Source of the DNA: a virus
Virus record (IMG/VR): IMGVR_UViG_3300045988_129382
Span: 96,001 to 160,000 of that record
Length of the DNA: 64,000 nucleotides
Strand: one strand, 5' to 3'
The notes under the pieces were generated by a model that had not been told where the DNA came from, did no database searches, and worked only from the letters and a program-made list of their open reading frames with translations. The position numbers were made by a program, and so were the translations under genes. Positions 1 to 9,221 of the stretch are shown one piece after another; within the stretch, counting starts at the first letter, position 1, and the number at the start of each line of letters is the position of its first letter.

Positions 1-2
1 TA

Positions 3-245
3 CGTACTATAGATGTATTAAATGATTTAAAGTTACGTATTAGTGTCGTCAATAAGAATTTGTCAGAGATGAAGAATTTACAGGTGACAACAAAATCAGA
101 TTATCAGTTAGTAGCTAATCTTAAATCTAAGGTAGGTAGGTACTATGATGAGTTTACTGAGCATAAGTTTCAGATTTCTGATTTAATTAAAAATGCTAAT
201 AACAAACTTAATACAATTAATGCTGTTAGGTTTGTTAATGAATAA
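3..245 (+). CDS. hypothetical protein, 5' end outside window
   Basis: Frame is open from the first bases of the window to the stop at 243-245; the track ORF 60..245 is only its TTG-initiated tail. Confidence 0.5.
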   Translation, partial: RTIDVLNDLKLRISVVNKNLSEMKNLQVTTKSDYQLVANLKSKVGRYYDEFTEHKFQISDLIKNANNKLNTINAVRFVNE

Positions 246-275
246 ATTATTGTATTATGAAATGAAAGGAGACTT

Positions 276-842
276 ATGGGAGAAAATGCTTTTAAGGACA
301 GATTAATTCATGAATTTAAAGAATACTTTCCTAATGATAGTTCGTTACAAAACTTTTGTACATTAATTATCACTATGAAAGATAATCCTGATTACGCTTT
401 ATCTGATGTTGATAGGGATGTATTAAGGAATTCTATTAAAGATTTGTCTGTTTTCACTTCATTAGGCATTTATACTAAGGTTCTTGGTAAGATGAGTAAT
501 GATGTTAAAAAGCAGTTAGATGTGACTACAAGGAAGAGGGGTAGTAAGGTTTTAGGTAGCAATACTACGCCTAATAATGTGACAGCTACTGTATATGAAT
601 CTAATAGGTTTGATTTAGGTTTTGAAATAGAGCCTGCCAAGGTTTCACATGTACAAAATGTACAAGGTCATAGCAAGTCTATTGGTGTTAAAGAGTATTC
701 TAGTAAGTCTAATACATTTACATTAGATGGGGTTGATTTATCTTCTAGTAAAGAGATTCCTACAACTTCATATGAGACATATTCTGACTATGATACGTAT
801 GAAGATGTCCCTACTGTTAATGTAGATGATTTAGATTATTAA
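276..842 (+). CDS. hypothetical protein
   Basis: 188-aa ORF; RBS aaaggag 7 nt upstream of the ATG; no recognised motif. Confidence 0.7.
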   Translation: MGENAFKDRLIHEFKEYFPNDSSLQNFCTLIITMKDNPDYALSDVDRDVLRNSIKDLSVFTSLGIYTKVLGKMSNDVKKQLDVTTRKRGSKVLGSNTTPNNVTATVYESNRFDLGFEIEPAKVSHVQNVQGHSKSIGVKEYSSKSNTFTLDGVDLSSSKEIPTTSYETYSDYDTYEDVPTVNVDDLDY

Positions 843-902
843 TTTTGGTAGTTAGCATATTGCTATTACAATATATTTTAGTTTCCAATAAGGAGAGTTA
901 TT

Positions 903-1751
903 ATGTCTGAGATTGAAAATTTTGATGCAATGTTCAATGGTTCTAATGAATCTACACCTGTTACTGAAGTAAAAACAGAGAATGTTACAAATGAGGTAGC
1001 AACTGCTACGACTACAAGTGTAGCATCTCCTGATAGCTTTGTAATTAGCATTGAGAGTGCAGGTTCTAGTTTGTTAAGTGATTTGGGAATTAAACCTATT
1101 TCTTTTGGTGATAGGATTCAACGTGTTCCTATCGAAAAGTATAAAGCTAAACAAGGCAATATTGATAGAATTTCTATTATTTCTGAGCAAGTATTACCTA
1201 TTAAATATCATTATATTGAAGGTAAAGGTTCATACTTATGTACAGGTGGTAAATGTTGTCAATTAATGGGTGACCCAGCTGTTCGTTACTTAGTACCTAT
1301 TTGTGTGTATGATACAACTAAGAATGGTGACCCAGCATCTAGCAATATTGAATTAAAGGTATTGTCTATGGGTAATGAGTTATATCAAAATATTGGTATG
1401 ATTGCTAATGCTGGTAATGTACGTAGTTTGGGTGGTATTACTCATGTTGATATTACTGTTAATTGTACAGACGAAAAATATCAAAAATTATCTCTTATTC
1501 CTATTGGTGAGGCTATGTGGAGAAAATCAGCTAAGGCTGTTGAGTTCTTGAATAATAAATGGCAAGAGTCTGCAAGTGAAGCCTATAGGGCATTAGCACG
1601 TAGTGTTGATGAAGCTACATTTGTTAAATTATATGATGAGGCTAATTTTGGTGTAAAACCAGAGGAAAATCAAGGTTTTGGTGGTAGTGACAGCAACTTC
1701 AATTCCTTTGGTGGTGCATCAACTAGCAACTTTGATGAATTCTTTAAATAA
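903..1751 (+). CDS. hypothetical protein with Cys cluster and Gly-rich linker plus acidic/aromatic C-terminal tip (SSB-tail-like)
   Basis: 282-aa ORF; RBS aaggaga; motif CTGGKCC; C-terminus ...GFGGSDSNFNSFGGASTSNFDEFFK resembles the disordered linker and tip of ssDNA-binding proteins. Sits directly upstream of the recombination genes. Confidence 0.7.
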   Translation: MSEIENFDAMFNGSNESTPVTEVKTENVTNEVATATTTSVASPDSFVISIESAGSSLLSDLGIKPISFGDRIQRVPIEKYKAKQGNIDRISIISEQVLPIKYHYIEGKGSYLCTGGKCCQLMGDPAVRYLVPICVYDTTKNGDPASSNIELKVLSMGNELYQNIGMIANAGNVRSLGGITHVDITVNCTDEKYQKLSLIPIGEAMWRKSAKAVEFLNNKWQESASEAYRALARSVDEATFVKLYDEANFGVKPEENQGFGGSDSNFNSFGGASTSNFDEFFK

Positions 1752-1805
1752 TAAAAATAGTTAATAGTTGAAAGGATAGGGGTACTGGCATAATAATAAA
1801 ATAAT

Positions 1806-2465
1806 ATGTATGTACCTCTATTTTATTATTATATGGTGATTTTAGCTATAGACCCTAGTTTTAAGGCTTTATCATTTAGTTTGTATGATAGTGATACAAA
1901 AAAGGTTTACATTGATACTGTATCATATCCTCTAGGTACGTCTATAGGGTTTGAGAAGATATTTGATGCTGTTCATGTTCAGTGGTATCAGTTGCATAAC
2001 AAAATAGATGATTACATACAAAAAAATAACATATCTATTGATGTTGTTATTTCTGAAATACCACCACCTGTTGGTAACTTTTCAGCTGGTTTGTATGCAT
2101 TAGATTATACTATCTTAAATAGTTTATTTGAGAAGTATACAACAATAAAGGATTTATTTATATTGTCGCCGTCTTTCTTGACTAAGGTTCATGGTAGACG
2201 TGGGTATAAGAAGAGTGAGAGTACTGCTTTAGTTAAATACTTTATTGATGAAGTATTATCTGATAGTTTTGATGTGTATATACCTGATAGTGTTTCTGCC
2301 AAGGGAAGAGTATCAAAGGGAAGACTAAATAACGATAAAGCAGAGTCTTTTATATTTTTATTACGTTTAATGGTTAGACTTAATATTAATGGTTTAGCTA
2401 GTAAGATAAAGAGTGAGGTAGAGGGATTATCTCATGAAGGTGAAAAGTTATTAAGGAGTAGATGA
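1806..2465 (+). CDS. RuvC-like Holliday junction resolvase
   Basis: ILAIDPSFK (catalytic Asp motif as in RuvC M.ILGIDPG) and VISEIPPP (Glu motif). True start may be the internal ATG at 1833 (MVILAIDPS). Stop overlaps the next start (ATGA). Confidence 0.65.
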   Translation: MYVPLFYYYMVILAIDPSFKALSFSLYDSDTKKVYIDTVSYPLGTSIGFEKIFDAVHVQWYQLHNKIDDYIQKNNISIDVVISEIPPPVGNFSAGLYALDYTILNSLFEKYTTIKDLFILSPSFLTKVHGRRGYKKSESTALVKYFIDEVLSDSFDVYIPDSVSAKGRVSKGRLNNDKAESFIFLLRLMVRLNINGLASKIKSEVEGLSHEGEKLLRSR

Positions 2466-3598
2466 TGGCAAAAAAAGAAAAGTCATCTGTTGATGATTTC
2501 GCAAAAAGTATTAAAAAGTTGTCTAGTGAGTATCATTCATTAGATGCTCCTGAGTTTGTTAAAAGTGGTTCAGTTGTACTAGATTCTATATTAGGTGGTG
2601 GTATTCCACGTGGTGTATTTATCTTGTTATCATCTGACAGTGGTTTAGGTAAATCTACAGGTGCATTACATGTTAGTAAGGCATATTGTATTCAAAATAA
2701 AAGGGTTTTGTATTTAGATTTCGAGAGTGGTGTTAATTTAGCACAGCTTAATTCTATGGGGTTATCTAGGTTTAGGTATGACGCTAATACAAACCCAGAT
2801 GGTAATTTCTTCTTATTCCAAATTCAAACATTTAGAGAAGCTGATAAGATTTTGGATGAGTTGGTTGAGAATGTTGATTTAGTTGTTATAGATTCTGCTA
2901 CAGCTATTCTAACTGAAAAGGTAAAAGAATCTTCGTCTGAAGACGTGCTACCAGGCATTGATAGTAGGGTTATGGCTACATTCTTAAAAAGACATAAGTC
3001 TACAAGTACACGTGCTGGAACTTCATGGATTATCGTAAATCAATTACGTACTAAGATTGCTATGGGTTATGGTCAACAAACTGCTGAAGTTGAGGCTGGT
3101 GGTAAAGCACTCAAATTCTACCCTGACATTCGCTTAACAATGAAGAAAGCATATAAAGGCACATTAGAGCGTACAGAACAGACAGCTGTAGGTGAGCAAA
3201 AAGTTCCTTTTGGTGCTATTTGTGAGATTAAAGCTGTTAAGAATAGATATGAGCGTCCAGAAATTCCTCTTAAATTAGCGATTATCTTTGGTAAGGGCAT
3301 TTCTAATGAATATGCATACTATGACTTCTTAGAACAACGAGGTAAGATTGTTAAAGCTGGTGCGTGGTATACTATTAAGTTAGGAGATTCTCCTAAAGTA
3401 CAAGGTATGAATGGTGTTATTGATTGGATTAACACTAATCGAAGTCTTGTTAAAGATTTCATTGAGTCTGAGGGTGGTTATCGTTTATTGTTAAATGAAG
3501 CTAGTACTGTAGACTTAATTGATGAATCTTATGATGAAGAGGTTTTTGATGGTACAGAGGTGTTTGACGAACCTACTGAGGATGATGGTGAAGAGTAA
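2462..3598 (+). CDS. RecA/UvsX-family recombinase
   Basis: LDSILGGGIPRGVFILLSSDSGLGKST (Walker A), LVVIDSATAIL (Walker B), NQLRTKIAMGYGQQTAEVEAGGKALKFYPDIRL (matches the RecA L2 / ALKFYASVRL region). Confidence 0.9.
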   Translation: MMAKKEKSSVDDFAKSIKKLSSEYHSLDAPEFVKSGSVVLDSILGGGIPRGVFILLSSDSGLGKSTGALHVSKAYCIQNKRVLYLDFESGVNLAQLNSMGLSRFRYDANTNPDGNFFLFQIQTFREADKILDELVENVDLVVIDSATAILTEKVKESSSEDVLPGIDSRVMATFLKRHKSTSTRAGTSWIIVNQLRTKIAMGYGQQTAEVEAGGKALKFYPDIRLTMKKAYKGTLERTEQTAVGEQKVPFGAICEIKAVKNRYERPEIPLKLAIIFGKGISNEYAYYDFLEQRGKIVKAGAWYTIKLGDSPKVQGMNGVIDWINTNRSLVKDFIESEGGYRLLLNEASTVDLIDESYDEEVFDGTEVFDEPTEDDGEE

Positions 3599-4911
3599 TG
3601 TCAGATAAAATAACTGTAGATATTAAAGACTTTCAATCTCTTAAAAAAGCATATATAGAGTTAACTCCTGGTATTACAGTTATCACTGGTGCAACGAATA
3701 ATGGTAAGAGTGCCATTATTCGTGCTATCGATTCTGCACTTTTTAATCTTGGCGATGATGCTATGGTTAGGGGTGGTCAGAGATACTATGGTATAAAGAT
3801 ATCAAATGGTAGTCATACAATGCTGATGGCTAGAGATAATGTTGGTAAGAATGAGAAAACTGCATATCAGTTCGATGAAGGGACTGTTCAAAAGAAAGTT
3901 GGTAGAGGTCAGTTAGAAGAGGTTTCACGTATGTTTAATATACGTGAGGTAAAAATGAACAATGGCACTAAGATGAAGATTAATTTTTGGTATCAAAACG
4001 ATAAACCTTTCCTAATGGATAAGACAGCAGGTCAACTATATGAGTTTTTATCATTGAGTTCTTGTGATAACTATGCTAGGGTGCTAAAATCTTTGGGTAG
4101 TGATGTTAGGTCAATTAATTCAGATATTAATACGTTAACCACAGAGATTAATACATATAAGTCCTTAATTAATGATAAAAAAGACTTCATCTCTAAGAAT
4201 GATGGGTTTGATTTAGTATATCAAGAGGCAATAGACGTTGATGCAATGGGTGATTTATTGTCAAATGTAGAAGGTTTATTAGACGATGTTGACATGTCAA
4301 ACAATACTATAAAAAAGCTTGATAACTTAAAGTCAAATATTGATATAAAAATCTCATCTATTGATATTGATAGTGTTAGTGCTTTATATCAAGATATCAT
4401 TTCTCTAGATTCTAAGGTATCTTCATTATGTGGGTTGTTGGATTACATCGATAGTACTGGTGGTAAGATTTCACAACTAGATAGTGAGCATAAAGAGTTA
4501 AAATCCAATATTAGTACGAATGACACTTGCATAAAAGATTTCTCTAATATCATTAATGATGCTGAGTGTTTACATGCTAAGATTGATATTGTATCTAATG
4601 CTTTGGTTGATGTTGAAGAAAATATTAAGTCTAAGGATATAATCGATACTAGATTAAGTTCCATTAATGGTGATTTGTGTACTTCTATCAATGATATATC
4701 TAGAGAAGTAAATATATTAGATGATAGCTTTAGTCAGTTAATGGTCATTGAGGGTTGCTTAAAAGAGTTAGATAGTAGCAAGGGAGTGTTGGATTCTTAT
4801 ACATCTAAGGTTGAAGATGTAAAAAGTAAACTATCTGAAAGTGATATCGAGTTTGAGCAGTTGAAGAAAGATATAGGGTATTGTCCTTATTGTAGAAGGG
4901 AGTTTTTATAA
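3598..4911 (+). CDS. SbcC/Rad50-like ATPase, N-terminal head, coiled coil and CxxC hook
   Basis: ITVITGATNNGKSAIIRAI (Walker A), long Ser/Asp/Ile-rich coiled-coil region, ends ...IGYCPYCRREFL (CxxC zinc-hook-like). Confidence 0.75.
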   Translation: MSDKITVDIKDFQSLKKAYIELTPGITVITGATNNGKSAIIRAIDSALFNLGDDAMVRGGQRYYGIKISNGSHTMLMARDNVGKNEKTAYQFDEGTVQKKVGRGQLEEVSRMFNIREVKMNNGTKMKINFWYQNDKPFLMDKTAGQLYEFLSLSSCDNYARVLKSLGSDVRSINSDINTLTTEINTYKSLINDKKDFISKNDGFDLVYQEAIDVDAMGDLLSNVEGLLDDVDMSNNTIKKLDNLKSNIDIKISSIDIDSVSALYQDIISLDSKVSSLCGLLDYIDSTGGKISQLDSEHKELKSNISTNDTCIKDFSNIINDAECLHAKIDIVSNALVDVEENIKSKDIIDTRLSSINGDLCTSINDISREVNILDDSFSQLMVIEGCLKELDSSKGVLDSYTSKVEDVKSKLSESDIEFEQLKKDIGYCPYCRREFL

Positions 4912-4913
4912 AA

Positions 4914-5183
4914 ATGACTACAATCGAAGAGGTAAAAGCTAAGTTTAGTAGTGTTGAGAAGATTAATCAATCACTTAAAGATGAGTTAATTCGTACTGAG
5001 GAGCAGTTGAAATCAGCTAAAGATTCATATGATAAGGCTGTTAGTAAGTTATTTGAGTTGACAGATAAAGATACAATAGAGGATGCTAGGGTATATATTT
5101 CACAGCTTAGAGAAGAGTACGAAAATAAATTAAATGATTTAAATGACAAATTATCAGAATACTTAGATAAAGATGGTGAATAG
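4914..5183 (+). CDS. coiled-coil protein (returning arm of split SbcC/Rad50?)
   Basis: 89-aa heptad-rich ORF lying between the N- and C-terminal ATPase halves. Confidence 0.55.
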   Translation: MTTIEEVKAKFSSVEKINQSLKDELIRTEEQLKSAKDSYDKAVSKLFELTDKDTIEDARVYISQLREEYENKLNDLNDKLSEYLDKDGE

Positions 5184-5823
5184 TATGGTTGATACTTCTA
5201 TTATTCGTAGGGTTATCGAGCATAAAGCAATGATAGATAGTGCTAAAAAAGATATAGCTAACATGTCTTATGCAATTAGCACTAAGTCTGAATCACTTAA
5301 AGAGTTAAATAACTTAAAGAATATAAGTGAGTTTTCCTTTAACTATCTAGATGTGTTAGTTAAGGAAGAGTCTGGTAAATTCATTAAGCATTTAAATAAC
5401 ATACTTGATTATGGTGTTAAATCAATATTTGATGATTGCAACTATTCTATTGAAATTAGGGTATCTGATAGTTCTAAGGCAACAATTCATCTAGTGTACG
5501 ATGACGAGAGTGGTATTAAGTTAGAGCCTGATATTAAAAATTGTGGTGGTGGTATTCGTACTGTTGTTGGATGTTTATCACAGATAGCATTTATAACACA
5601 TTATAGGTTAGAGCCTGTGTTATTTATTGATGAAGGGTTAAGTCAATTATCTAGTCAATATATTCCTAATTTCATGGAATTAATTAATCAGATGGCTGAA
5701 AAGAATGGTTTAAAGATTCTTTTAATTACACATGATGATAGGTTTACTTCATATGCAGTGAGACATTATGAAGTTTCTAAGGGGAATACTAAGTTGTTGA
5801 GAGGTGGTGAGTTAGGTGAGTGA
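5173..5823 (+). CDS. SbcC/Rad50-like ATPase, C-terminal half
   Basis: NCGGGIRTVVGCLSQIAF (signature-like), PVLFIDEGLSQL (Walker B), ILLITHDD (H-loop). Alternative start at ATG 5185. Confidence 0.75.
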   Translation: MVNSMVDTSIIRRVIEHKAMIDSAKKDIANMSYAISTKSESLKELNNLKNISEFSFNYLDVLVKEESGKFIKHLNNILDYGVKSIFDDCNYSIEIRVSDSSKATIHLVYDDESGIKLEPDIKNCGGGIRTVVGCLSQIAFITHYRLEPVLFIDEGLSQLSSQYIPNFMELINQMAEKNGLKILLITHDDRFTSYAVRHYEVSKGNTKLLRGGELGE

Positions 5824-6784
5824 TATTCATTTAAAGTTAGAATATGGTGAAAAGATTGCATTTATTTCTGATGTACATGTGGATAGTAAAATGCCTGACT
5901 CACGTGTGGATGATATCATTGTAACTCTTAAAGATAAATTAGTTGATATATTAAATAAATGTATTAATGAGAATGTAAAATATGTCTTTTTTGAGGGTGA
6001 TGTTGTCAATAGGGTTCAATGTCCATTTGAACCTATTACAATGTTGGCTGATATATTATTGCAGTTCAAACAGAAAGGGATGCAATGCTTCTCTATTCTT
6101 GGTAATCATGACATTGTTAGAAATTCACTAGAAAACTTAGATAAAAGTCCTATTCAGATTTTATTTAAGTTGGGTGTTTTAGAGCATATTAATTTAGATA
6201 CTAGAGTTATATTTAATGATAATGTTTTACTAACAGCTGTTGATTATACTGAATACCCTATAAAAGCAGATAATACGTATTCAGTTAATATATTGCTAGC
6301 ACATATGTTCTATGGTAAGAGTGGCTTTCTTTCTGATGAAAAACACAACCTAACTGATACTAATATCTTAGATTTGGGGTATGATTTAGTTGTGTTAGGT
6401 CATGACCATGAAGACTATGAAGATGTAGTTGTTGGCTCAACTAAGATAGTTAGACATGGTTCTGTTCTTAGAGGTACATCACATAATTACAATTTCACTA
6501 GAAAGCCTAATTTTGTCATTATTGATGACATAAATAAACCTAAAGAAGTTAGACGTGTAGAGATTGCTCATAGGGATTATAAAGATGTAGCTAGTGAGTA
6601 CATTTTAAATAAGAAAACATTTAGTAGTATTAATGCTCTACAGGATGTATTATCTAATCTAGCTGATAAGTTAGTTGATACTACTGAAACAGATTCAGAT
6701 AGGATTTACAATATCATTATGAGTGATGAGGAGTTACCTAATGATTGTAGGGAGTTGTTACTAAAATATATCAATGAGGTTTAA
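5816..6784 (+). CDS. sbcD: SbcD/Mre11-family nuclease (calcineurin-like phosphoesterase)
   Basis: IAFISDVHVD, FEGDVVNR, ILGNHD, VVLGHDHE phosphoesterase motifs in canonical order; directly downstream of the SbcC parts. Confidence 0.85.
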   Translation: MSDIHLKLEYGEKIAFISDVHVDSKMPDSRVDDIIVTLKDKLVDILNKCINENVKYVFFEGDVVNRVQCPFEPITMLADILLQFKQKGMQCFSILGNHDIVRNSLENLDKSPIQILFKLGVLEHINLDTRVIFNDNVLLTAVDYTEYPIKADNTYSVNILLAHMFYGKSGFLSDEKHNLTDTNILDLGYDLVVLGHDHEDYEDVVVGSTKIVRHGSVLRGTSHNYNFTRKPNFVIIDDINKPKEVRRVEIAHRDYKDVASEYILNKKTFSSINALQDVLSNLADKLVDTTETDSDRIYNIIMSDEELPNDCRELLLKYINEV

Positions 6785-6790
6785 TTTTAA

Positions 6791-7996
6791 ATGGCTTTTA
6801 AGTTAGAAAATCAGTACACATATTTATTTGAGGATTTTCAAGTAAATAATGGGTATGATATATTCATGGGGTATCAAGATAAAAATACAACAGATGATGA
6901 ACGTGAGTATTTAGAGTCTGTAGTTAAGGGTTGGATTCTTGATAATAATTATGAGGTTGCTAGGTTAACATATAGTGATGATTACATGTTGTATAACGTA
7001 AACTCACTGATGTCTTTGAATATTTCAGATATTTATTCTGATGGTGAATTTGGTGTTAATAGTATAGGTGTTTCAGTACTACAAACCTTTTTCCCTGAAT
7101 TAGAGGGAGTTGACAAAGTAAAAGGTTGTTGTATGAGAGATTTTTGTAAGAGGTCAGAAAAATCTTTTACAAGATATGTACGTAAGCTTTTGAAGTATGG
7201 TAAATCACCTAATGATATGCGGAGTATGTTTGCCTTTGTTGGTGCAGGATATTGCTCTAATTTCAGACCAGCAACAGCTAAAACTATATATGAACTGTAC
7301 GGAAAAGGTAATTGCAAGGTGTTGGATACATCAAGTGGTTTTGGTGGTAGATTGTTAGGTTTCTTTACAGCTAAAAACACAGCTGAGTATGTAGGTATAG
7401 ACCCAAACACAGCAGATAGCTGTAATAAGTTTATTGAGTTTATGCAGATGCGTTTTGGGATTAATAAAAAAGCATATGTTAATAGGATAGGTTCAGAGGA
7501 TTTCACAGTAGAGAATTATCCTCAATATGAGAACTATTTTGATATAAGCTTTACATCACCGCCATACTTTGACACAGAGAAATATTCTGATTCTGATACT
7601 CAGTCATATAAGAAATTTAACACATATGATGCGTGGGTAGATGGATTTTATCGGAATACAATCTATAATAGTTGCAATGCATTAAAGTTAGATGGAACAT
7701 TCGCTATCAATATCTTTGAGAAAGTTGATAACATTAAAGAGTATACAGAGGAGTTTCTTAATGATTGTGGCTTTTATATCATTAAGGAAGATAAGTACTT
7801 GTTGCGTGTTATGAGTGGTACTCAAAAAGGTGAAGATGGTGAGTTCTACACCAGAAAAAAAGACTCATACAATTATGAGCCAATATGGGTAGCAAAACAT
7901 TACACAGAGTTACTTAAAGATGGATTAATGACACGAGAAAAAGCAGAGGAGTGTTATAATCGTGTAAAATTTGGTAATAAAAAGATTAGTATTTAA
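6791..7996 (+). CDS. DNA methyltransferase (amino-MTase, SPPY motif IV), paralogue 1
   Basis: VLDTSSGFGGRLLGFF (SAM motif I) and ISFTSPPYF (motif IV). C-terminal two thirds nearly identical to 9222..10391. Confidence 0.8.
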   Translation: MAFKLENQYTYLFEDFQVNNGYDIFMGYQDKNTTDDEREYLESVVKGWILDNNYEVARLTYSDDYMLYNVNSLMSLNISDIYSDGEFGVNSIGVSVLQTFFPELEGVDKVKGCCMRDFCKRSEKSFTRYVRKLLKYGKSPNDMRSMFAFVGAGYCSNFRPATAKTIYELYGKGNCKVLDTSSGFGGRLLGFFTAKNTAEYVGIDPNTADSCNKFIEFMQMRFGINKKAYVNRIGSEDFTVENYPQYENYFDISFTSPPYFDTEKYSDSDTQSYKKFNTYDAWVDGFYRNTIYNSCNALKLDGTFAINIFEKVDNIKEYTEEFLNDCGFYIIKEDKYLLRVMSGTQKGEDGEFYTRKKDSYNYEPIWVAKHYTELLKDGLMTREKAEECYNRVKFGNKKISI

Positions 7997-8015
7997 TCAT
8001 AAGAGGTGCAAAAAG

Positions 8016-9218
8016 ATGAGTGAAGAAATGTTATTAGATGATATTAATGAGTTTGATAGTGTATTAGGTTTAGATGATAATACTGATAGTGGTGTAGAGG
8101 ATTCATTTGTTGATGAGTTTGCTAGTGAAGTACATATTTCCATTCCTACTAAAGAGATTAATACGATTTTAAATATCTCTAATGTATTAAAATCTAGTGG
8201 TGAGAATTCGTATGAGGGTAAACTGATTACATTTAGGGTAGAAGAAGGAAATGTTAGATTTATGCTTTCCGATAACAAACGTAGTATCTCTAAGTTTGTT
8301 AAACCTTTAAATAGTGAAAATCTTATTACAGATTTTATTTGTTTATCTTCTGGTTCTTTAGTACGAATTGTTAAGTTATGTGGTAGTGTGTTTACAGTTA
8401 TTGAGCGTACTGTTGAATCTGATGGTGGTGTTAATAAAGAGTACACGATTGCAGTTCATGGTGGTGAGGTTCGTGTAGATAATTACAATTCGGATGAATC
8501 TAGGTTTAATCATACATATGATGATTCTTATAGTAACACATCTAATAGGGAAAATTTAATCTCTTATATTAAGAGGTTATTTAATTATTCTCAAACAGCT
8601 GGAGGTAGAAGTCGTTTCTTATCATTTAAAGATAACACAATTACAGTAGAGTCTTATAATAACATGGCAAAATTGACATGTGATGATAACTTTGGTAGTG
8701 GATTTAGATTACATTTAGCTGATTGTAAGTTGTTAGCGTTATTATCTAATTCTGATAGTGGTGATAATATTTCATTTAATGCTAAGGGTGATTTGTACTG
8801 TGGTGATACATTTGTATTCAAAACAGAGGCTTTTACACTAGAGGATAACTCTATTCAACAATCTGTATATGGACGTATGGTGGTTGATAATAAGTGTGAT
8901 GTTTCTTTAGACCATTTACGTAAAATTATCGATTTAGCTTGTAACTTGCCTGAAACTACAGGTGATATTAATGTTACTTTTGGTGATAGTGTTTCTATTG
9001 AAATTGTTTCACGAAGAGGTAATTCAGTTATTAAATTAGATGCTTTAGATGTTAGTGGTATTTTTGACATTGGTTCAATCTCAATGAGTGCTAATGCAAT
9101 TAAACAGGTACTAAGTACATTTAATGGTTTCGACATTGCTACTTTGAGGTTAAGTCTTGATGGTGTAGCTTTAGATAACGAAGTTGTTAGTTCCTTTATT
9201 TTAAAGAAAGCTTTCTAG
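8016..9218 (+). CDS. hypothetical protein (weakly sliding-clamp-like)
   Basis: ATG 8016 follows RBS agaggtg. About 400 aa. N-terminal pattern (INTILNISNVLK...KLITFRVEEGNVRFMLSDNKRSIS) vaguely recalls the beta-clamp N-terminus; the functional call is speculative. Confidence 0.6.
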   Translation: MSEEMLLDDINEFDSVLGLDDNTDSGVEDSFVDEFASEVHISIPTKEINTILNISNVLKSSGENSYEGKLITFRVEEGNVRFMLSDNKRSISKFVKPLNSENLITDFICLSSGSLVRIVKLCGSVFTVIERTVESDGGVNKEYTIAVHGGEVRVDNYNSDESRFNHTYDDSYSNTSNRENLISYIKRLFNYSQTAGGRSRFLSFKDNTITVESYNNMAKLTCDDNFGSGFRLHLADCKLLALLSNSDSGDNISFNAKGDLYCGDTFVFKTEAFTLEDNSIQQSVYGRMVVDNKCDVSLDHLRKIIDLACNLPETTGDINVTFGDSVSIEIVSRRGNSVIKLDALDVSGIFDIGSISMSANAIKQVLSTFNGFDIATLRLSLDGVALDNEVVSSFILKKAF

Positions 9219-9221
9219 CAT

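Noticed and set aside
1078-1266. Nested + strand ORFs in alternative frames (1078..1266, 15805..15999, 29507..29713, 47245..47436, 56000..56221, 60049..60243).
   Set aside because: Each lies wholly inside a longer ORF with better coding character. They lack RBSs and have low-complexity hydrophobic translations typical of off-frame AT-rich sequence.
7033-7506. 157-aa minus-strand ORF inside methyltransferase 1, with a 72-aa twin at 9710..9928.
   Set aside because: Both are antisense shadows of the same 255-bp duplicated coding block. The sense frames carry clear MTase motifs.
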